From the NCBI RefSeq assembly GCF_051658185.1, contig NZ_JBOFMC010000067.1:1-55154 (forward strand): a stretch of 55,154 nt of DNA. Reading direction: 5' to 3'. The stretch's first letter is position 1. The number at the start of each line of letters is the position of its first letter. The DNA is from Shewanella sp. (GTDB taxonomy: Bacteria; Pseudomonadota; Gammaproteobacteria; Enterobacterales; Shewanellaceae). The position numbers and the translations under genes are program-made. This document shows, piece after piece, positions 51,246 through 55,154 of this stretch. The notes under the pieces were generated by a model, which searched no databases, was not told where the DNA came from, and saw only the letters and a list, made by a program, of their open reading frames with translations.

Positions 51246-51344
51246 ATTGAACCGCTAGATTTAACTGCTAACGTATTTTTAGTGGTTGATGATAATAGGT
51301 TACGTTGAGAGAAAAGCTCATAATTGGCTGAAACTTATCTCGTT

Positions 51345-51371
51345 AAAACGCACTCTTGGAGTGCGTTTTTT
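51345..51371 (+). terminator. Intrinsic terminator of prs
   Basis: AAAACGCACTC-ttg-GAGTGCGTTTTTT. Confidence 0.85.
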
Positions 51372-51414
51372 ATTGGTTGCGCCCCAACAAAAAGCCACTC
51401 TTAGTGAGAGCATT

Positions 51415-51462
51415 GTGATGGTGATGGTGATGGTGATGGTGATGGTAATAGTGACAGTGAGA
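51415..51462. repeat. (GTGATG)5 microsatellite plus 3 decayed units
   Basis: GTGATG x5, GTAATA, GTGACA, GTGAGA. Confidence 0.92.
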
Positions 51463-51575
51463 TCATCTTCTACTGATGGTGAAATCAAGATCCATTTAAA
51501 TTTGGCGGGCAAAGTAAGCAGTCAAACTGACCTTAACGTGAATATTGCTGCCTCTTGTTAGCCATCGCCCTTAAC

Positions 51576-51625
51576 GTGCGTTTACCCTGAGCTGCGCGTT
51601 TATCATGAGCAGTGGGTTTATCATG
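51576..51625. repeat. 18-bp tandem array, about 2.8 units
   Basis: GTGCGTTTACCCTGAGCT, GCGCGTTTATCATGAGCA, GTGGGTTTATCATG. Confidence 0.7.
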
Positions 51626-51888
51626 TCCCTATCAGCTAAATGTTAAAATTGCCGCTGGCGCTAACTCGGTATTGAGCGTTAAGCTTAACGGCAATATCGT
51701 AGCTCACCAGCCCATTTTTAATTAACTGCCAAAATTGTGCATTTTTCACAATAGGCTGGTCACTGCTGCATGATATAAAACATGTTAGTTCATAAGCTTA
51801 GCAGTAATAGTGCCTAGAGCACCTTCCTACATTACGACCAACATCCATTGCCCAAAATGCAGCGAAAAAACTATTTTTTAAGTGGGTA

Positions 51889-51918
51889 CAAACCTTTTAG
51901 CGACTTCGTGGCATCAAA
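51889..51918 (+). promoter_or_regulatory. Candidate ECF autoregulatory promoter
   Basis: CAAACC-16 bp-GCATCAAA fits the generic ECF -35 AAC / -10 C(G/A)TC layout. Confidence 0.4.
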
Positions 51919-51950
51919 ACCTCATATTGATAATCAAACAGGAAAGTACA

Positions 51951-52484
51951 GTGACAGCAGGGCTCTCCCCATTTAAATGCTCCATGTCAGACGTTGATCT
52001 GGTGGCGTTAGCCAAACACGGTGATCGGCAGGCATTTAAGCAACTGTACTTAACCCATCATCAGTGGGTTTATGGGCTGGCGTTACGCCTATGCGGTCAA
52101 ACCACACTGGCCGAAGACATCACCCAAGAATGTTTTATTCTGGTATGGCAAAAATTGCCGCAATTTCGCGGCGAAAGCCAATTTTCCACTTGGCTACATC
52201 GCATTTGTGTCAATCAAGCCTTAGGCAGCATGCGTAAGCAACAGTCCTTTTGGGCACGCTTCATCCCAATGGATAAGCAAGCCGAGCCCTACTGCAGCGA
52301 TACCGAATATCAAGGCATAGACAAATTACTTGTGAGGCTACCTGAGCGCGCTCGCATTGTCTTCGTGCTGTATGCCATCGAAGGCTACCCTCATGAAGAA
52401 ATCGCCCATTTACTCGGTATTGCCCTCGGCACCAGCAAAACCCAATACCACAGAGCCAAGCAATTACTCCAGGAGATGCTGTAA
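51951..52484 (+). CDS. ECF-family RNA polymerase sigma factor
   Basis: AEDITQECF..W, FRGES.FSTWLHRI, LP.R.R.VF.L..EG..HEEIA..LGI..GTSKTQYHRA; start GTG 51951 or ATG 51984. Confidence 0.93.
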   Translation: MTAGLSPFKCSMSDVDLVALAKHGDRQAFKQLYLTHHQWVYGLALRLCGQTTLAEDITQECFILVWQKLPQFRGESQFSTWLHRICVNQALGSMRKQQSFWARFIPMDKQAEPYCSDTEYQGIDKLLVRLPERARIVFVLYAIEGYPHEEIAHLLGIALGTSKTQYHRAKQLLQEML

Positions 52485-53116
52485 TGACCCAAACGCCGCG
52501 TTCTCGTGAAGACGAACTCAACCAGTTAATTGCCCAATCAACCAAAGCGATCGCGCCCAAAAATGATCTTTGGCAACGCATTGAGCGACAAATGGATAAA
52601 CCGATGGCGCTTGAGGCTGATGCGCCACCATCCCCGCGCAAACGGCAACCCCAGTGGGCCATCGCGGCAATGGTATTATTAGGGCTATGCTTGAGTTACC
52701 CCTACCGTGACTCGCTCTATCCCGCGTTAGAGTCTGAAAAACGGGCTTATCAACCACAGGTTTCACCAGCAGTGCCCTCCGCCGTGTTAACGGCTCAGGG
52801 CTCAACAACCAGTCATCATCAGACATTACAGAGCCTTATTTTTGAGATTGCAGCGATGCACCAAGCACAGGTGCAAGCATTTGAGCCCATATCAACCCCT
52901 AAGGTGTGGCAGATCCGCAGCGTTAGCACAGGATTAGAGCAGGGCTTAAGCGAGTTAAGACTGGCAAGCACACAAGTTTTCCAAGCATTACAAACCGATC
53001 CAACCAATAAACAACTATGGCAACTCTGGCTCTGGGTGCAGCAACGCGAACTCGATCTACTTCAGCAAGCGCAAAAACTCCCGATGAACCACTCACTACA
53101 AGGAAGCACGCTATGA
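52484..53116 (+). CDS. Putative single-TM anti-sigma factor
   Basis: Start overlaps the sigma stop; P..DLWQRIE motif, one TM (WAIAAMVLLGLCL), helical C-terminal domain. Confidence 0.7.
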   Translation: MTQTPRSREDELNQLIAQSTKAIAPKNDLWQRIERQMDKPMALEADAPPSPRKRQPQWAIAAMVLLGLCLSYPYRDSLYPALESEKRAYQPQVSPAVPSAVLTAQGSTTSHHQTLQSLIFEIAAMHQAQVQAFEPISTPKVWQIRSVSTGLEQGLSELRLASTQVFQALQTDPTNKQLWQLWLWVQQRELDLLQQAQKLPMNHSLQGSTL

Positions 53117-54069
53117 GCAATATCCATTTGATGAAGACCCCGCTAATCATCGCCACTTTATCCTTAGGCCTAATGACGCATGCCTTTGCCGCCGAACAGG
53201 TCGACAAACAACTGCGCATAGAAAGTGGCACTCCCATTCAAATTAAGGTGCAACGGGGTGAGGTGCTGATCCAAAGCTGGGATAAAAATGAGGTCAGTGT
53301 TAGCGGAACCCTTGATGAATTGAGTGAAGGTTTTATCTTCGAGCAACAGGGTAACCAATTAAAAATTGAAGATAAAATGCCACGCCAGTATAACGGCAAT
53401 GGCAAAGACGGCTCAAAACTCACCATCAAAGTGCCTCACACCGTCAACCTCAGCGCCGACACTATCTCGGCAAACCTGCAAATTAGCCAACTCCAAGGTG
53501 AGCTCGCGTTAAATACCGTCAGTGGCAATATCAGTGCCAGCCACCTGAATGGCAAACCCGCGTTACACACCGTCTCTGGCGATATCACAACCCAAGGCTT
53601 AAACGGTAATATTCAATTAGAAACCGTATCAGGAGAAATACAAGACACTGAAAGTCAAGGTGAAATCAATTACCGTCTGGTGAGTGGGGATCTCAACAGT
53701 CAAACCCTCGCCCAGCAGATCACCGTGGAGCAAGTCTCTGGTGAAATAACGGCTAATTGGAGTCAAGCAAAGGAGATCCACCTGCGCAGCGTGAGTGGCG
53801 ACAGCCAAGTGTCACTGGCAAACAGCATCAACAAAGCCAATCTTGAAAGCGTGAGTGGCGATATCACCCTCACGTTTACCCAGTTGCCCGATGCCAGTTT
53901 TGATCTCAACGGCGGTCCCGGCGGCAGCATCAAAAATAGCGTCAGCCAAGATGCGCCACAAAAACAGAAATACTTACCAAATGAGGAGCTTAGCTTTAAA
54001 ATAGGCGCCGGCAGTGCCAATGTGAAAATGGCGACCATCAGCGGTGATCTTATCCTCAAGCGGCAATAG
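53113..54069 (+). CDS. Exported DUF4097 (beta-strand repeat) protein
   Basis: Signal peptide (..HAFA); about ten T/S-V-S-G-D/E/N-I repeats; ATGA overlap with the upstream gene. Confidence 0.88.
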   Translation: MSNIHLMKTPLIIATLSLGLMTHAFAAEQVDKQLRIESGTPIQIKVQRGEVLIQSWDKNEVSVSGTLDELSEGFIFEQQGNQLKIEDKMPRQYNGNGKDGSKLTIKVPHTVNLSADTISANLQISQLQGELALNTVSGNISASHLNGKPALHTVSGDITTQGLNGNIQLETVSGEIQDTESQGEINYRLVSGDLNSQTLAQQITVEQVSGEITANWSQAKEIHLRSVSGDSQVSLANSINKANLESVSGDITLTFTQLPDASFDLNGGPGGSIKNSVSQDAPQKQKYLPNEELSFKIGAGSANVKMATISGDLILKRQ

Positions 54070-54124
54070 CACGCCCGCGATCACCCATCAACAATCACTC
54101 ATAAATAAACAATCATTCCTACAT

Positions 54125-54161
54125 AACCATGCCGCACACTGCTAAGCGGGCGGCATGGTTT
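54125..54161. terminator. Hairpin between convergent DUF4097 gene and rsuA
   Basis: AACCATGCCGC..GCGGCATGGTTT. Confidence 0.7.
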
Positions 54162-54175
54162 AACCGTCACAATCA

Positions 54176-54865
54176 TTAAATCGAGGCGATTTCTGCGGCG
54201 GTTAAGTAACGCCACTCTCCGAGGGCAAGGGCTGGATCTAACGCAATTTGACCAATCTGCTCACGATGCAAACCAACCACATGATTGCCCACAGCGGCAA
54301 ACATGCGTTTTACCTGATGATACTTCCCCTCGGTGATCGTTAAACGCACCCGCTGCGGCTCAAGGATCTCCAATATTGCCGGTTTAGTGAGCCCCTCTTC
54401 CCCGCGCAATTGCACTCCTGCGGCAAAGATGGCGATCAAGCTGTTGTCCACCGGCTCAGCCAACTGCACTAAATAGCGTTTAGCACAGTCTTTTTTAGGC
54501 GAGGTGACCCGGTGGGACCATTGCCCGTCGCTCGTGATCAGCACCAGTCCAGTGGTATCGGCATCTAACCGCCCTGCAATGTGCAACGTCTGCGGCTTTT
54601 CAATCGCCAATAGACTCAATACCGAGGGATACACTTCATCTATTGTCGAACAAATGGTATCTACGGGCTTATTGAGCATCAAATAACGCTCGCCCACTAA
54701 GGTAATCGGCTCACCATCAAGGCAAATCTCCATGCCCTCGGTCACTTTAAACCCCGGATCGGTCACCACTACCCCATTACAACTGATCTCACCACGATGT
54801 AAGGCTTTTTTAGCCAAGGAACGTGTTAACGAGGTGCATTCACAGATAAATTTGTCTAAGCGCAC
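54176..54865 (-). CDS. rsuA: 16S rRNA pseudouridine(516) synthase
   Basis: RLDKFI S4 domain, MLNKP, AGRLDADTTGL, EGKYHQVKRMF; start moved to GTG 54865. Confidence 0.95.
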   Translation of the reverse strand: MRLDKFICECTSLTRSLAKKALHRGEISCNGVVVTDPGFKVTEGMEICLDGEPITLVGERYLMLNKPVDTICSTIDEVYPSVLSLLAIEKPQTLHIAGRLDADTTGLVLITSDGQWSHRVTSPKKDCAKRYLVQLAEPVDNSLIAIFAAGVQLRGEEGLTKPAILEILEPQRVRLTITEGKYHQVKRMFAAVGNHVVGLHREQIGQIALDPALALGEWRYLTAAEIASI

Positions 54866-54961
54866 GGGATTACTCACCCTTAAAAATAAAAACTGCCGTA
54901 TTATGGGGCCGCAGAGAGTAAAGGGCAATTTAACTCGGCCAAGGCGGGCGCGCTTCGGCTT

Positions 54962-54991
54962 CGCTCATTGCTCAGTGCTCAGTGCTCAGTG
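54962..54991. repeat. (TGCTCAG)n 7-bp repeat
   Basis: CGCTCAT, then TGCTCAG x3. Confidence 0.8.
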
Positions 54992-55154
54992 TCACTGTGC
55001 CGGCGCCCTGCCCCCCCCTTATTTAACACCTCTATTTAATATCCCCGGTTCCCGGATTAACCTCGCCCAACGAGTGCCGTACAGTGAACATCCGCGCAGC
55101 TTAATCCCCCCCGTCACAGTAAAATAAGCCTCGTCGATGGCAGGTAAAAACCGG

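Noticed and set aside
51318..51512. thrL-like TITITIT leader peptide, or poly-His frame, on the minus strand
   Set aside because: Both are readings of the (GTGATG)n microsatellite. No amino-acid operon lies downstream (it runs antisense into prs), and the His frame has a stop just upstream with no start.
1..55154. Mobile elements, prophage, defence island or RiPP cluster
   Set aside because: No transposase, integrase, phage, nuclease or precursor/transport genes were recognised; content is mostly housekeeping.

Overview
Core-chromosome window from a Shewanella-like gammaproteobacterium (genus inferred from protein families and gene order, not from a search). It carries tkt/metK, a nitroreductase, a GlyGly-CTERM DsbA-family protein, hemG plus a cytochrome b, two sulfate-assimilation operons (cobA-cysDNC and cysJIH) split by an S41-like gene and mtgA, pntAB, malic enzyme, a TPR-GGDEF cyclase, queG, an HTH-only MetR, a cobalamin-riboswitch-controlled TonB receptor, a PRTase, a divergent lgt, an OsmC-YcaO fusion, hemA-prfA-prmC, lolB-ispE-prs, an ECF sigma operon and rsuA. 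I saw no prophage, IS, CRISPR, tRNA or rRNA, and no unmistakable new multi-gene system. The best leads are: (1) about 20 unrelated short tandem-repeat arrays in intergenic DNA, several seeded from terminator arms or stop codons and two with higher-order structure; (2) a PRTase 5' leader with mutually exclusive helices next to a pyrC-like CCCA start region; (3) an HTH-only MetR behind intact MetJ boxes in a B12 neighbourhood; (4) the OsmC-YcaO fusion; (5) the sorted CHNC DsbA; (6) an S41-fold protein with CxxxC in place of the catalytic motif. Family names come from motif recognition by eye. Several start codons were moved from the ORF track to the best RBS-supported codon.
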